In this document: positions 29,501 through 38,399 of the stretch, one piece after another
Numbering within the stretch: the first letter of the stretch is position 1
How the letters are laid out: each line of letters opens with the position of its first letter
Origin: an uncultured Sorangium sp.
GTDB lineage: Bacteria; Myxococcota_A; Polyangia; Polyangiales; Polyangiaceae
Reading direction: 5' to 3'
DNA length: 64,000 nucleotides
NCBI GenBank assembly: GCA_966250485.1
Contig: CBINHN010000004.1
Coordinates: 99,726 to 163,725 of the forward strand
Program-made: the position numbers and the translations under genes
Notes under the pieces: model-generated
The model's input: only the letters and a program-made list of their open reading frames with translations
Told to the model about the DNA's origin: nothing
Database searches by the model: none

Positions 29501-32128
29501 CACGGACTCGAGCATCGTCGCGCGCTCGTCCTCGTCACGGCGCAAGGACGGCAACGCGTGACCGCCGCGACCCGCGGCCTGAATGCCGTCTCGCAGCGCC
29601 GGCAACAATATCGGGTGAGGGCTGATCTCTACGAACACCTCGTGATCCGCCGCGAGCAGCCGCTCGACGGCGGGCCAGAACAGCACCGGCTCACGCAGGT
29701 TCCGCACCCAGTACCGCGCGTCGAGCTCGCTGCCCGAGAGCGGCCCTTCATCCACGGTCGAATGAAAGCGAATGGTACTCGCGCGCGGCGCGGTGGCCGC
29801 GAGCGCGTCCAACAGCGCGCCGCGCAGCGGATCGACCTGCGGGCTGTGCGACGCCACGTCGACCTTGACCCAACGGTAAAACACGCCGCTGCGCTCGAGC
29901 TGCTCCACGACCTCCGAGAGCGCGCTCTGCTCACCGGACAGGACGATCGCGCGCGGCCCGTTGCAGGCGGCGACGGACACGCGCCCCTCCTGATTGCGAA
30001 TCGCGCTGCGCGCGTCGTCGAGCGAAAGCTCCACGGCGAGCATCGCTCCGCGGCCGCTGATGCCAGCGAGCAGCCGGCTACGTTGGCAGATGATTCGCGC
30101 TGCGTCGTCCAGCGTCAACGCGCCCGCGAAGCAAGCGGCGGCCACCTCACCCATGCTGTGGCCGATCACCACGTCTGGCTCTACTCCATAGGCGCGCCAG
30201 GTCTCCGCGATCGCGAGCTCCACCGCCAAGAGCAGCGGCTGCAAAGCGTCGATACGCTCGAATGCGTTCGCGGCAGAAGACGTTAGCTCGGCGCGCAGCG
30301 ACCAGTCGACGTAGGGGGCGAAGGCCCGCTCGCAACGAGCGATGGTGTCCGCGAACGCCGGCTCACTCTCGAGCAAGGCTCTTCCCATACCGCGCCACTG
30401 CGAGCCCTGGCCGGGGAATACGAACACGACCTTGCGGCGTAGACCGGGCACGCGGGTGCCGACGGCCACGCCCGCCCCAGAACCATTGGACAGGTAGTCG
30501 TCGAGCCGTTCGGCGAGCTCCGCGGGCGAGCGCGCGACGAGGGCCAAGCGCTCGTCCAGGTGAGCGCGGCGGCGAGCCGCCGTGTGCACCACGTCGGGCC
30601 ACGCTTCGTCCGAAAGCACCGGCACGAAGGCCCGCCAGCGCCGCGCCAGGGCCTCGAGCGCGCGCGAGTCCTGTGCAGACAGCGGGACCAGCCACGGCCG
30701 CTCCGCCGCCGGTCTGTCAGCGCGGTCCGCGCGCGGCGGCGCTTCGACGATGACATGGGCGTTGGTGCCGCTGAAGCCGAACGAATTGACGCCTGCGCGC
30801 CGTGGCGCTCCTGCGGGCCAGCTCGTAAGCTGGGTGGGCACGGCGATCGGCAGCTCGTTCCAGCGAATGTTCGGGCTTGGGTTCGCCAGGTGCAGGTGCG
30901 GGGGAATCGCGTCGTGATGCAGGGCGAGCACGGCCTTGATGAAGCCCGCGATGCCCGCCGCTGCCTCGGTGTGGCCGAAGTTGGTCTTCACGGAGCCAAC
31001 GAGCAGCGTGCGCTCTACAGGACGCCCGTCGCCGTAGGCGCTGCCGAGAGCGTGCAGCTCGATCGGATCACCGAGCGGAGTTCCGGAGCCGTGCGCTTCG
31101 ACGTAAGTGACGTCCGCCGGCGACAGGCGAGCGTTGGCGAGCGCGCGGCGAATCACGGCCTCCTGCGCCGGGCCGTTCGGCGCCGTGAGCCCGTTACTCC
31201 GCCCGTCCTGGTTGCACGCCGAACCGCGGACGAGCGCCAAGATGCGATCCCCGTCACGCAACGCGTCCGAGTAGCGCTTCAGCACGGCGACGCCGCAGCC
31301 TTCGCCGCGCACGTAGCCGTCCGCCGCAGCGTCGAAGGCCTTGCAGCGCCCGTCAGCGGCCATGGCCTTCAGCTTGCAAAAATAAACCGTGCGATCCGGC
31401 GTCAGAATGAGGTTCACGCCGCCGACCAGCGCTAGGTCCGACTCTCTCGAGCGCAGACTTTGGCAAGCGAGGTGCACCGCGACGAGCGACGACGAGCACG
31501 CACTGTCCACGGCAATGCTGGGTCCCTGCAAGCCGAGCACGTACGAAACGCGCCCCGCGGCCACGCTCGCGGTGTTCCCCGTCCCCGTGTAAGCGTCAAT
31601 CAACTTCTCGGCGCCGGCTTTGACCTGGCGGTTGTAGTAGTCGAACGAGAAGAAGCCGAAGAACACGCCGGTCTTGCTGCCGCCGAGCTCGTCCGGGCGT
31701 TGCCCGGCATCCTCCAATGCTTCCCAGCTGACCTCCAAGAGCAGCCGCTGCTGCGGGTCCATGCTGACCGCTTCACGCGGCGAGATGCCGAAGAACTCCG
31801 CGTCGAAATCGCGGACCTGATCGAGAAATCCGCCGCGTCGCGTGTACATCTTGCCCACGGCGTTCGGATCAGGATCGTAAAAGGCGTCCACGTCCCAGCG
31901 ATCGCTCGGCACCGCGGTGATGGGGTCCCGGCCGTCTCGGAGCAGCGCCCAAAACGAATCGGCGTCTTCGACGCCTCCGGGAAAGCGGCACCCGATGCCG
32001 ATGACGGCGATCGGTTCGCGCTCCACGGCGTCCAATCGCTGGCCCATCTTCTCGAGCGCAACCAGAGCTCGCTTGAGCCGTGCGGTCACGTCGGGCGCGC
32101 CGTTCGTATCATGGTCGAGCTTCGTCAT
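26576..32128 (-). CDS. Type I PKS, one module: KS-AT-DH-KR-ACP
   Basis: Track ORF 26576..32194. I trimmed the start to the ATG at 32128 (MTKLDHDTNGAPDVTARLKRALVALEKMGQRLDAV), 1 nt after the upstream stop at 32130-32132. Motifs: KS VDSACSSS, EAHGSGT, NFGHTEAAAG; AT GHSMGE plus VDVASHS; DH LDDHQLHGNVVVPGAFH, YLFGDSF, LLDILLQ (no N-terminal HPLL); KR YLITGGCGAIG, LDD; ACP LGLDSLMALE. Approximate nt spans: KS 30740-32017, AT 29459-30433, DH 28490-29347, KR 27245-27781, ACP 26720-26947. Confidence 0.95.
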   Translation of the reverse strand: MTKLDHDTNGAPDVTARLKRALVALEKMGQRLDAVEREPIAVIGIGCRFPGGVEDADSFWALLRDGRDPITAVPSDRWDVDAFYDPDPNAVGKMYTRRGGFLDQVRDFDAEFFGISPREAVSMDPQQRLLLEVSWEALEDAGQRPDELGGSKTGVFFGFFSFDYYNRQVKAGAEKLIDAYTGTGNTASVAAGRVSYVLGLQGPSIAVDSACSSSLVAVHLACQSLRSRESDLALVGGVNLILTPDRTVYFCKLKAMAADGRCKAFDAAADGYVRGEGCGVAVLKRYSDALRDGDRILALVRGSACNQDGRSNGLTAPNGPAQEAVIRRALANARLSPADVTYVEAHGSGTPLGDPIELHALGSAYGDGRPVERTLLVGSVKTNFGHTEAAAGIAGFIKAVLALHHDAIPPHLHLANPSPNIRWNELPIAVPTQLTSWPAGAPRRAGVNSFGFSGTNAHVIVEAPPRADRADRPAAERPWLVPLSAQDSRALEALARRWRAFVPVLSDEAWPDVVHTAARRRAHLDERLALVARSPAELAERLDDYLSNGSGAGVAVGTRVPGLRRKVVFVFPGQGSQWRGMGRALLESEPAFADTIARCERAFAPYVDWSLRAELTSSAANAFERIDALQPLLLAVELAIAETWRAYGVEPDVVIGHSMGEVAAACFAGALTLDDAARIICQRSRLLAGISGRGAMLAVELSLDDARSAIRNQEGRVSVAACNGPRAIVLSGEQSALSEVVEQLERSGVFYRWVKVDVASHSPQVDPLRGALLDALAATAPRASTIRFHSTVDEGPLSGSELDARYWVRNLREPVLFWPAVERLLAADHEVFVEISPHPILLPALRDGIQAAGRGGHALPSLRRDEDERATMLESVGALFTLGHPLEWPKLAPAGAPVSLPSYPWTRERYWLELSAEAPAAPAREYGRELIPGRALETPLRDRIFETFVSSTRAPFLDDHQLHGNVVVPGAFHAAAVLAAAEQALAAEHWQLVDAFFPEPCVLAAGEERRAHVVLESADAAGAKARVYSAPADGATGEGWRQHFDGRLSRADLAPRSASAALAAVRQRCVEEQSGEAFYEAMRRRGYLFGDSFRTVASLRRRDGEVLCEVRRPPAASASQARVSLLDILLQLPAAAFPSGRFATTLVPVAFERLRWSEPLPDGTLFAHAELRADSDESVPLVDVRLLDSDGRVLAELSGLRAQAAGEERFSARAPSRDSLFEVEWRRVELAAASSTSVEPGGWLVFGGDDALTAEVAEQARAAGEVAMVRAGRSFERTSSGWQLDPDVPQAFEQLLSQRAESSDVPLRGVLFLWDLAGGVAGRELSDGAAFALLSLVQALARHRADASVRLVIVTRAAYGMADEPVRPAGALSWGIAATLALEHPEFRVALLDLPALPMTGEARQVWDVVTRGSAEPRLLLRADGLRGERVVPLRAELSAAAAAPIRADASYLITGGCGAIGLLLARELVARGARHLTLIGRSGLNDDAARVVSELQDSGADVRVRRADVTQRAEIEALFEEQAATAPPVRGIFHAAAVLDDGILLEQSRERFQRVLAPKVEGVCNLELASRGLELDFFVLFSSTAAWLGAQAQAAYAAANRFLDAFAQQRRARGLPALSISWGPWAEVGLAAAQSNRGERLTRLGMKSLRPEQGIRVLFELLAIRAGQVGVMELDASRWLAAQGSATRALLSELVAHTQDSREGSPREAGSWRASLLALPAGPTRLEALESGLRELVARVLRLSSARLDVRKPLGSLGLDSLMALELRNRLESGLGLTLPATVVWTHPTVAQLATHLANELGLLQVSERAELASVSPAPAELELGALSEADLALLLADELKQLEDRRRV

Positions 32129-32129
32129 T

Positions 32130-35100
32130 TCAAGAGGTCTCCAGCAGCGCGTCGATGGACGCGAGCTTCTGGTCGAGCAGGGCTTCGAGCTCACCTTGAG
32201 ATAGGTCAGAGATATCGGACGGCAGCGGCTCGGGAGGCGACTCCGGTTCCGCGGGCGCGGGCGCTCGCGCCGGACTCGACTCGGTATCCAAAATTTTGAT
32301 CAGGTAGTCCTGCAGTCCTGCTAGCGACGGGTAATCGAAGAGCAACGAAGCGGGCAGCGAGCGGCCGAGCAGCGCGCCGAGGGCGTTCCTGAGCTCCACC
32401 GCCATGAGCGAATCCAGCCCGAGCTCGCCCAGCGGCTGCCGTGGGTCGATCGGCGCCGAGGGCGCGAGACCAATCACGCGGGCGGCCTGCTCGCGCAATT
32501 GCTCACCGAGCAGCTCGCGCCGCTCGCGGGCGGAGGCGGCCCGCCAACGCTCGAGGAACTCTGCCGATCGCGTCGCAGGGTTCGCTGTCGGACGCTCGTC
32601 TGCGAGTGCGAAAAGCAGGGACCGCGCCGTGGGGGATGACGACGCCATGCGATTCCAATCGACGCGCGCCACCACGGCGTGGCCGCCGTCGCCCCAGAGC
32701 AGCGCTTCGAGCTCGAGCAGCGCCTCACGCGGTTCCAGCTCCGAAATGCCGCGCTCGTCTCGAAACCGCCGCGCACGTTCACCGCCGTTAGCCGCCATAC
32801 CGGTCGCGCGCCACGGCCCGAAGGCGACGCACAGCGCGGGCAGGCCGCGCGCCCGCCGCGCGTGCGTCACAGCCTCCAGCGCAGCATTCGCCGCAGCGTA
32901 GCCCGCTTGCGCAGGCGCGCCGATGATCGCGGATAGCGAGGAGAAGGAGACGAAATAATCGAGCGGCACGTCGCGCGTATGGCAATCGAGCAGCACGGCG
33001 CCGACGAGCTTCGGGCGAACGACGGCGTTCAAGCGCTCCGCGCTCTGCTGCAACAGCACACCGTCGTCGAGCACGCCCGCGGCGTGGAACACTCCGCGCA
33101 GGTTGCCATCACGCTTCAGGCTCTCCAGGAGCGGCAGCAGGCGGCCTTCGTCGCTCACGTCGATGGCTTCGACGCGCACGTTCACGCCGAGCTCCGCGAG
33201 GCCGGCGAGCTCTGCCTTCGCCGCTTCATTCGCGCGTCGTCCGATCAAGCAAAGCCGGCGCGCGCCGCGCTCCACCAAAAATCGAGCAAGGTTCGAGCCT
33301 ACGCCGCCGAGCCCTCCCGTAATCAGATACGTCGCGCTCGGATCCAGCGCGAGGGTGCCGCTCGCGCGAACCGGCTGGGCGCGTCGCAGGCGCAGTGTGT
33401 GGCGCGCGCCGTTGCGCAGCGAGACTTCGCTCGACGCCTGGCCCTCGACGAGGCTGTCGAGCAGTAGCTTCGAGCCTACCCGGTCGAGCGTCATATCGAG
33501 ATCCACGCTGCTGACGAACAGCTCCGGGTGCTCGACCCCGAGCCCGCGAGCAAGGCCCCAGAGCGCGGCCGGGCCCGGGCTCGGCTGCTCCTCGGCGCTC
33601 ACCGCCTGAGCAGAACGCGTGACGAGCCAAAGCCGGGGCGTCGGGCCGCCGGAGTAACGGGCCAGCGCCTGACCGCACGCCAGCAGTTCGGCGAGACCGG
33701 GTTCTTCGTAGTCGCCGCGTTCTTCGCGTCCGACTGCGGCGTTCTCCAACGCCGACGCGTGAAGGTACAGAACACGCTCGATCGGTGCGCTGGCGCTGCT
33801 CTCTTCCAGCACGCGCAAGATGTCGTCGGCCTGGGCGCGGGTGCGGTACTGGCCCGGCCCAAGCGCCGCGAAACTACTCCCAAGTGTTACCAGGATTGCA
33901 CGGCCTGCGCGTGCCTCGAGCTCCGCAACCAACGCGTTCGCGGGAGCTCGGCAGAGCACGAGCGTCGTACCCCAGCTCGGCCGCGTGCTGGTGGCGCTCG
34001 CCTCGGGCTCCCAATGAAGCTCGTGGCGCAGGCCGCCGTGCACGACAGAGCGCGTCTGCAGGGTCTCACGGTTCACGCGCTGGAAGCGAACGCCACTCAG
34101 CTCGGCGGCGAGCAGCCCGTCACCATCGACGAGCTCGGCATCACCCGAGAAGCCGGCGCCCGAGGCGGGCGAGCCGGCTTGCACGCGAGCGTGCGCCCGG
34201 TAGGGGCCGGCGGCGCCGCGGCGAAACCAGAAGCGCTCAATGGCAAGGGGCACGCGTATATCGACCGCGCCCTCATCCATGAAGTCTGGGTTCGCGGCTG
34301 CGCTCAAGGCCTGCAGGCAGGCTTCGCAAAGCCCGGGCAGCAGCTCCTCCGCGCTAGGCCGGAAGTCTCGCGCCGGGGCCAGCTCGACGCCGCTCTGCCC
34401 ATCCGCGATGTGCAGGCGATCGATCCATTGGAAGCGCGGACCGAACTCGACCTCACTCTGTCGCAATCGACCATAGAATTCAGCGCGAGTGATGGTGCGC
34501 TGCGCTCCACTCGACGCGAAGCTCGGGCCCGCGCGACCGACCCCGGACACATGTCGGGCAGAGCACGTGGCGTGAACCGTGAAGCTTGGCTCTTCGGGAG
34601 CGCGGCTGGCCACACGGATCGCGGCGCCGCCGCCCGCTGCTACGGACACGACCGTTTGCACCACGCGCTCCTCGTCGTCCGCGAGCGTCAATGGTCGCAG
34701 GAACGTGATGTCGATCAACTCAGCGGCGTTCCCTGGAAACACGCCCTCGGCCGCCGCCAGCATGAGCGCCAAGTAGCCGACCGCGGGCATGGTGATCCGC
34801 CCGAAGTAGCGGTGATCCGCGAGCAGCTCGAGCTCGTCGCCCCGATAGCGCGCTTCGTAAACCGTCTCCTCGAGCGCCAGGTCGAGCCGCGTCCCGAGCA
34901 GGCGCTGGCCCGCTGATGGCGTCGCGGCCTGGTGCTCACGGCGAGCAACGGGCTCCAAGAAATGGCGGGTGCGCTCGAAGGGATAGCTCGGCAATGAGCT
35001 TCGCCGCCGGCCGTTGCCGCCCGAAACCGCGCGCCAATCGAGCTCTGCGCCGCGAACGAAGAGCGCGCCCAGGCTTTGAAACAGCTGACGGCAGTCGCTG

Positions 35101-37592
35101 TGCCCGCGCCGCAGCGACGGCAACCAATCCAGCCCTGCGCTGCCGAGCGCCCGTTGACCCAGGCTCGTCAGCACCGGCTGCGGACCGAGCTCGATGAATG
35201 CGTTGCAGCCCAGCTCCTTCAGCGTCGCCAGCCCCGCTCCGAATCGCACCGTCTCCCGAGCCTGCCGCCGCCAGTACTTCCCGTCCGGCGCGTCTCCCTT
35301 CACGCGACCGCTCACGTTCGAGACCAGCGCCAGCCGCGGCGCCCGCGACTCCACCCCACCACACGCTCGCTCGAACTCGTCCAGTATCTCGTCCAGCGCC
35401 GCCGAATGGAACGCATGCGACGTCTTCACCTTCCGCGTCTTCAAACCTCGCTCCGCGCAGCGCTCACCAAGCAGCCCGAGCGCAGCCTCCGGTCCCGAGT
35501 ACACCCACTCCCCTCCCCCGTTCTCCGCTGCCACGCTCAGCCCCCATTCCTCCACGCACAGCTCCCTCACTTCCTCCTCTTCCCCGAACACCGCCAGCAT
35601 CCCGCCGCCGCTCTTCGCTCGCTGCATCAGCCTCCCTCGCTCACTCACCAGCCGCATCGCCGCTTCCGGCTCCAAGCACCCAGCAACCGTCGCCGCAACG
35701 TATTCACCCACGCTGTGCCCGAGCACCGCCGCCGGCTCTACTCCCCACGACTGCCATAACTTGCTCAGCGCGTACCCGATCGCGAACAACGCCGGCTGCG
35801 CGTGCTCCGTACGCTCTAGCTCCTCCTCTCCTCCTTCGCCGTTCATCACTCGCCACAGCGCTCCACCGTCTCCTAGCTCCCCCAAGCACCGCTCCAGCTC
35901 CCGACGAAAAACTCCCTCCGCTTCGTACAGCTCACGCCCCATCCTCACGTACTGCGATCCCTGTCCCGTGCACAAAAATCCGACCTTCAGCGCCGAACCG
36001 CTGTTAGGCGGCGCGCTCACGGCGCTCTCGCTCGTCAGCCAGCGCGTGAGCTCATCGCTCGCGTGCTCGCGCGAGGAGGCCACAATGGAGGCGCGGAATG
36101 CAAAACGGGCGCGGCTCACGTTCGCCGTCCAACACACATCGCTGAGCGGCGGCGCCTCCGGGTCGCGCAAGAAGCTGGCGTACCGGCTGACCAGCTCTGT
36201 CAACGCCGTTCGAGAGCGCGCAGAGAGCGTCAGAATCTCGAACGGCCGCGCGGCGGGCGCAGCCGGCAGCGCTGGACGCGGCGCTTCCTCCAGAACCAAG
36301 TGAGCGTTGGTCCCGCCGATGCCAAACGCGCTCACGCCGGCGCGGCGCGGCGCGCGCGTGCGCGGCCAGGGCCGCAGCGCGTCGACCACGAAGAACGGGC
36401 TGTCTTCGAAGCGGATGCGCGCGCCGGCGGTCTTGAAATGCAGCGTCGGAGGCAGCTGCTCGTGCTCGAGCGCGAGCACGACCTTGATCAAGCTGGCGAT
36501 ACCCGCGGCGGCATCGAGGTGACCGATGTTGCTCTTGACGGATCCAATGCCACAGAACTGTTGCCGCGAGCTCGCGCCGAACGCACGCGAGAGCGCCGCG
36601 ATTTCGATCGGATCCCCAACCGGCGTACCGGTCCCGTGCGCCTCGACGTAGCTCACGGACTCCGGCTCCACGCCCGCCAACGCTTGCGCTTGAGCGATGA
36701 CCTCGAGCTGTCCGTCTGGGCTCGGCGCCGTGTAGCCGGCCTTCGCGGCGCCGTCATTGTTCACGGCCACGCCGCGAATCACAGCGCGAATGTCGTCGCC
36801 GTCGCGCAGCGCGTCTGCGAGACGCTTCAGCACCACCACGCCCGCGCCGTTCCCGAGCACGGTGCCCGCCGCGTGCTCGTCGAACGGCCGGCAGTGACCA
36901 TCGCCGGACAAGATCATGCCGTCCTGGAACAGGTACCCGGCGCGATGCGGAAACCCGATGGCGACGCCGCCCGCCAACGCGGCATCGCACTGATAGGCGA
37001 GGAGCGCTTGGCAAGCGGTCGCCACTGCGACGAGCGACGTGGAACACGCGGTCTGCACGGTGAGACTCGGGCCACGCAGATCGAGCTTGTAAGAGACGCG
37101 CGTCGCCAAGAAATCCTTGTCGTTGGCGACGAACGCTTGATACGACGCCGCGCCGCCGAGCTCGAAGCCCAAACGCGGCACGACGTTGTTGAGCAAGTAG
37201 CTGTTCAGGCCCGCTCCCGCGTACACGCCGACGGAGCTCGGCTGCCGGCTGGGAAAATAGCCAGCGTCCTCCAGAGCCTCCCAGGCGCACTCGAGGAAGA
37301 CGCGCTGCTGCGGATCGAGCAGCTCCGCCTCGCGCGGACCGAAGCCGAAGAATGCTGCGTCGAAGCACTCGCAGTCGGCCAGCACCCCCTTGGCCTTGAC
37401 GTAATTCGGGCGTGATATCAGCTCCGCGTCCAGGCCGCTGGCGAGCAGCTCGGTGTCCGTGAGCCGCGCGATGGATTCGACGCCGTCGCGCAGGTTGTTC
37501 CAGTAATCCCGCAAGTTCCGCGCGCCGGGGAAGCGGCCGGCCATGCCGACGATCGCGATGCTACCGAGCTCGCCTTCAGCGTCCATCTTCAT
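32130..37592 (-). CDS. Type I PKS, one module: KS(hybrid/NRPS-accepting type)-AT(malonyl-type)-DH-KR-ACP
   Basis: Track ORF, ATG at 37592. Only 10 residues precede the KS (MKMDAEGELGSIAIVGMAGRFPGARNLRDYWNNLRDGVESI). Motifs: KS VQTACSTS, EAHGTGT, NIGHLDAAAG; AT GHSVGE plus KTSHAFHS, identical to the AT at 17327-18286; DH LADHRYFGRITMPAVGY, VEFGPRF, LCEACLQ (Glu where Asp is expected); [16 protein letters not shown]; ACP LGLDSLMAVE. Approximate nt spans: KS 36288-37562, AT 35034-35993, DH 34053-34910, KR 32793-33335, ACP 32298-32525. Confidence 0.95.
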   Translation of the reverse strand: MKMDAEGELGSIAIVGMAGRFPGARNLRDYWNNLRDGVESIARLTDTELLASGLDAELISRPNYVKAKGVLADCECFDAAFFGFGPREAELLDPQQRVFLECAWEALEDAGYFPSRQPSSVGVYAGAGLNSYLLNNVVPRLGFELGGAASYQAFVANDKDFLATRVSYKLDLRGPSLTVQTACSTSLVAVATACQALLAYQCDAALAGGVAIGFPHRAGYLFQDGMILSGDGHCRPFDEHAAGTVLGNGAGVVVLKRLADALRDGDDIRAVIRGVAVNNDGAAKAGYTAPSPDGQLEVIAQAQALAGVEPESVSYVEAHGTGTPVGDPIEIAALSRAFGASSRQQFCGIGSVKSNIGHLDAAAGIASLIKVVLALEHEQLPPTLHFKTAGARIRFEDSPFFVVDALRPWPRTRAPRRAGVSAFGIGGTNAHLVLEEAPRPALPAAPAARPFEILTLSARSRTALTELVSRYASFLRDPEAPPLSDVCWTANVSRARFAFRASIVASSREHASDELTRWLTSESAVSAPPNSGSALKVGFLCTGQGSQYVRMGRELYEAEGVFRRELERCLGELGDGGALWRVMNGEGGEEELERTEHAQPALFAIGYALSKLWQSWGVEPAAVLGHSVGEYVAATVAGCLEPEAAMRLVSERGRLMQRAKSGGGMLAVFGEEEEVRELCVEEWGLSVAAENGGGEWVYSGPEAALGLLGERCAERGLKTRKVKTSHAFHSAALDEILDEFERACGGVESRAPRLALVSNVSGRVKGDAPDGKYWRRQARETVRFGAGLATLKELGCNAFIELGPQPVLTSLGQRALGSAGLDWLPSLRRGHSDCRQLFQSLGALFVRGAELDWRAVSGGNGRRRSSLPSYPFERTRHFLEPVARREHQAATPSAGQRLLGTRLDLALEETVYEARYRGDELELLADHRYFGRITMPAVGYLALMLAAAEGVFPGNAAELIDITFLRPLTLADDEERVVQTVVSVAAGGGAAIRVASRAPEEPSFTVHATCSARHVSGVGRAGPSFASSGAQRTITRAEFYGRLRQSEVEFGPRFQWIDRLHIADGQSGVELAPARDFRPSAEELLPGLCEACLQALSAAANPDFMDEGAVDIRVPLAIERFWFRRGAAGPYRAHARVQAGSPASGAGFSGDAELVDGDGLLAAELSGVRFQRVNRETLQTRSVVHGGLRHELHWEPEASATSTRPSWGTTLVLCRAPANALVAELEARAGRAILVTLGSSFAALGPGQYRTRAQADDILRVLEESSASAPIERVLYLHASALENAAVGREERGDYEEPGLAELLACGQALARYSGGPTPRLWLVTRSAQAVSAEEQPSPGPAALWGLARGLGVEHPELFVSSVDLDMTLDRVGSKLLLDSLVEGQASSEVSLRNGARHTLRLRRAQPVRASGTLALDPSATYLITGGLGGVGSNLARFLVERGARRLCLIGRRANEAAKAELAGLAELGVNVRVEAIDVSDEGRLLPLLESLKRDGNLRGVFHAAGVLDDGVLLQQSAERLNAVVRPKLVGAVLLDCHTRDVPLDYFVSFSSLSAIIGAPAQAGYAAANAALEAVTHARRARGLPALCVAFGPWRATGMAANGGERARRFRDERGISELEPREALLELEALLWGDGGHAVVARVDWNRMASSSPTARSLLFALADERPTANPATRSAEFLERWRAASARERRELLGEQLREQAARVIGLAPSAPIDPRQPLGELGLDSLMAVELRNALGALLGRSLPASLLFDYPSLAGLQDYLIKILDTESSPARAPAPAEPESPPEPLPSDISDLSQGELEALLDQKLASIDALLETS
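35034..35993. repeat. Copy B of the 960-bp perfect AT repeat; partner 17327-18286
   Basis: Evidence as for copy A. It corresponds to codons 534-853 of the PKS at 32130..37592. Confidence 0.93.
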
Positions 37593-37607
37593 ACCTCGTC
37601 GCGCGGG

Positions 37608-38399
37608 TCATGTGCCGAGCGCGGGCGCGCTGGTGACTTCCAGGCCAGCGAAGGCAACGTCGTCGAGCAGGGCGCGCACGACCGGACGAGGGCGCTCCAA
37701 CGCAAAGAAATGGCCGCCGGCGAAGGAGCGCAACGAGCTCGCTTCGCGCGCTTCCTGCTGCCACGGCAGTACCAGATCGAGCGGCGCCTCTTCGTCCTCC
37801 TGTCCGCGGAAGATGGATAGCGGCACATCGAGCGGCGGACGCCGAACGTACTCGTACGTTTCGATCACTTTGAAGTCAGCGCGCAGCACGCCTATGAACA
37901 GCGCGCGCAGCTCGGGGTCATCGAGCAACACGCTGGGAGTGCCGCCGAAGCGGCGAATCCTGGCCTCGACTTGCTCGTCCGGTAAGAGGTGCAACACGCG
38001 GCCGCCGACACCAGTGGAGGGTGCTCGACGGCCCGAGACGACCAACCGCAGCGGCGGGCGCTGTCCCTCGCCGCGGATGCGGTGAGCGAGCTCGAACGCG
38101 AGCAGCGCGCCGAAGCTGTGGCCGAACAGCACATAAGGCGTCTCGAGCAGCGGCGCGATGTTCGTGTACACGGCTTCGACGAGCGGCATCATGGACTCGA
38201 TGGCGGGCTCGTTCAGACGCTCGCCGCGCCCCGGCAACTGCAACGCGCAAGCGTCCACCCCTGCGGGTAGGTGCTCGGCCCAGGATCGGAACGAGGTGGC
38301 GCTCCCCCCAGCGTGCGGAAGTAAGAATAGGCGAAGCTTGGCGTCGTTCTCCGGCCGCAACCGGAAGAGCCACTTCTTCGCCACCGTCGAGCTCATCAT
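37608..38399 (-). CDS. Type II (discrete, editing-type) thioesterase, alpha/beta hydrolase
   Basis: Track ORF 37608..38813. I trimmed the start to the ATG at 38399 (MMSSTVAKKWLFRLRPENDAKLRLFLLPHAGGSATSFRSW), which overlaps the TGA of the upstream PKS-NRPS (ATGA). The product is 263 aa. Motifs: PHAGG, nucleophile elbow GHSFG, C-terminal GGHFF. The longer N-terminal extension in the track lies inside the upstream gene. Confidence 0.88.
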   Translation of the reverse strand: MMSSTVAKKWLFRLRPENDAKLRLFLLPHAGGSATSFRSWAEHLPAGVDACALQLPGRGERLNEPAIESMMPLVEAVYTNIAPLLETPYVLFGHSFGALLAFELAHRIRGEGQRPPLRLVVSGRRAPSTGVGGRVLHLLPDEQVEARIRRFGGTPSVLLDDPELRALFIGVLRADFKVIETYEYVRRPPLDVPLSIFRGQEDEEAPLDLVLPWQQEAREASSLRSFAGGHFFALERPRPVVRALLDDVAFAGLEVTSAPALGT

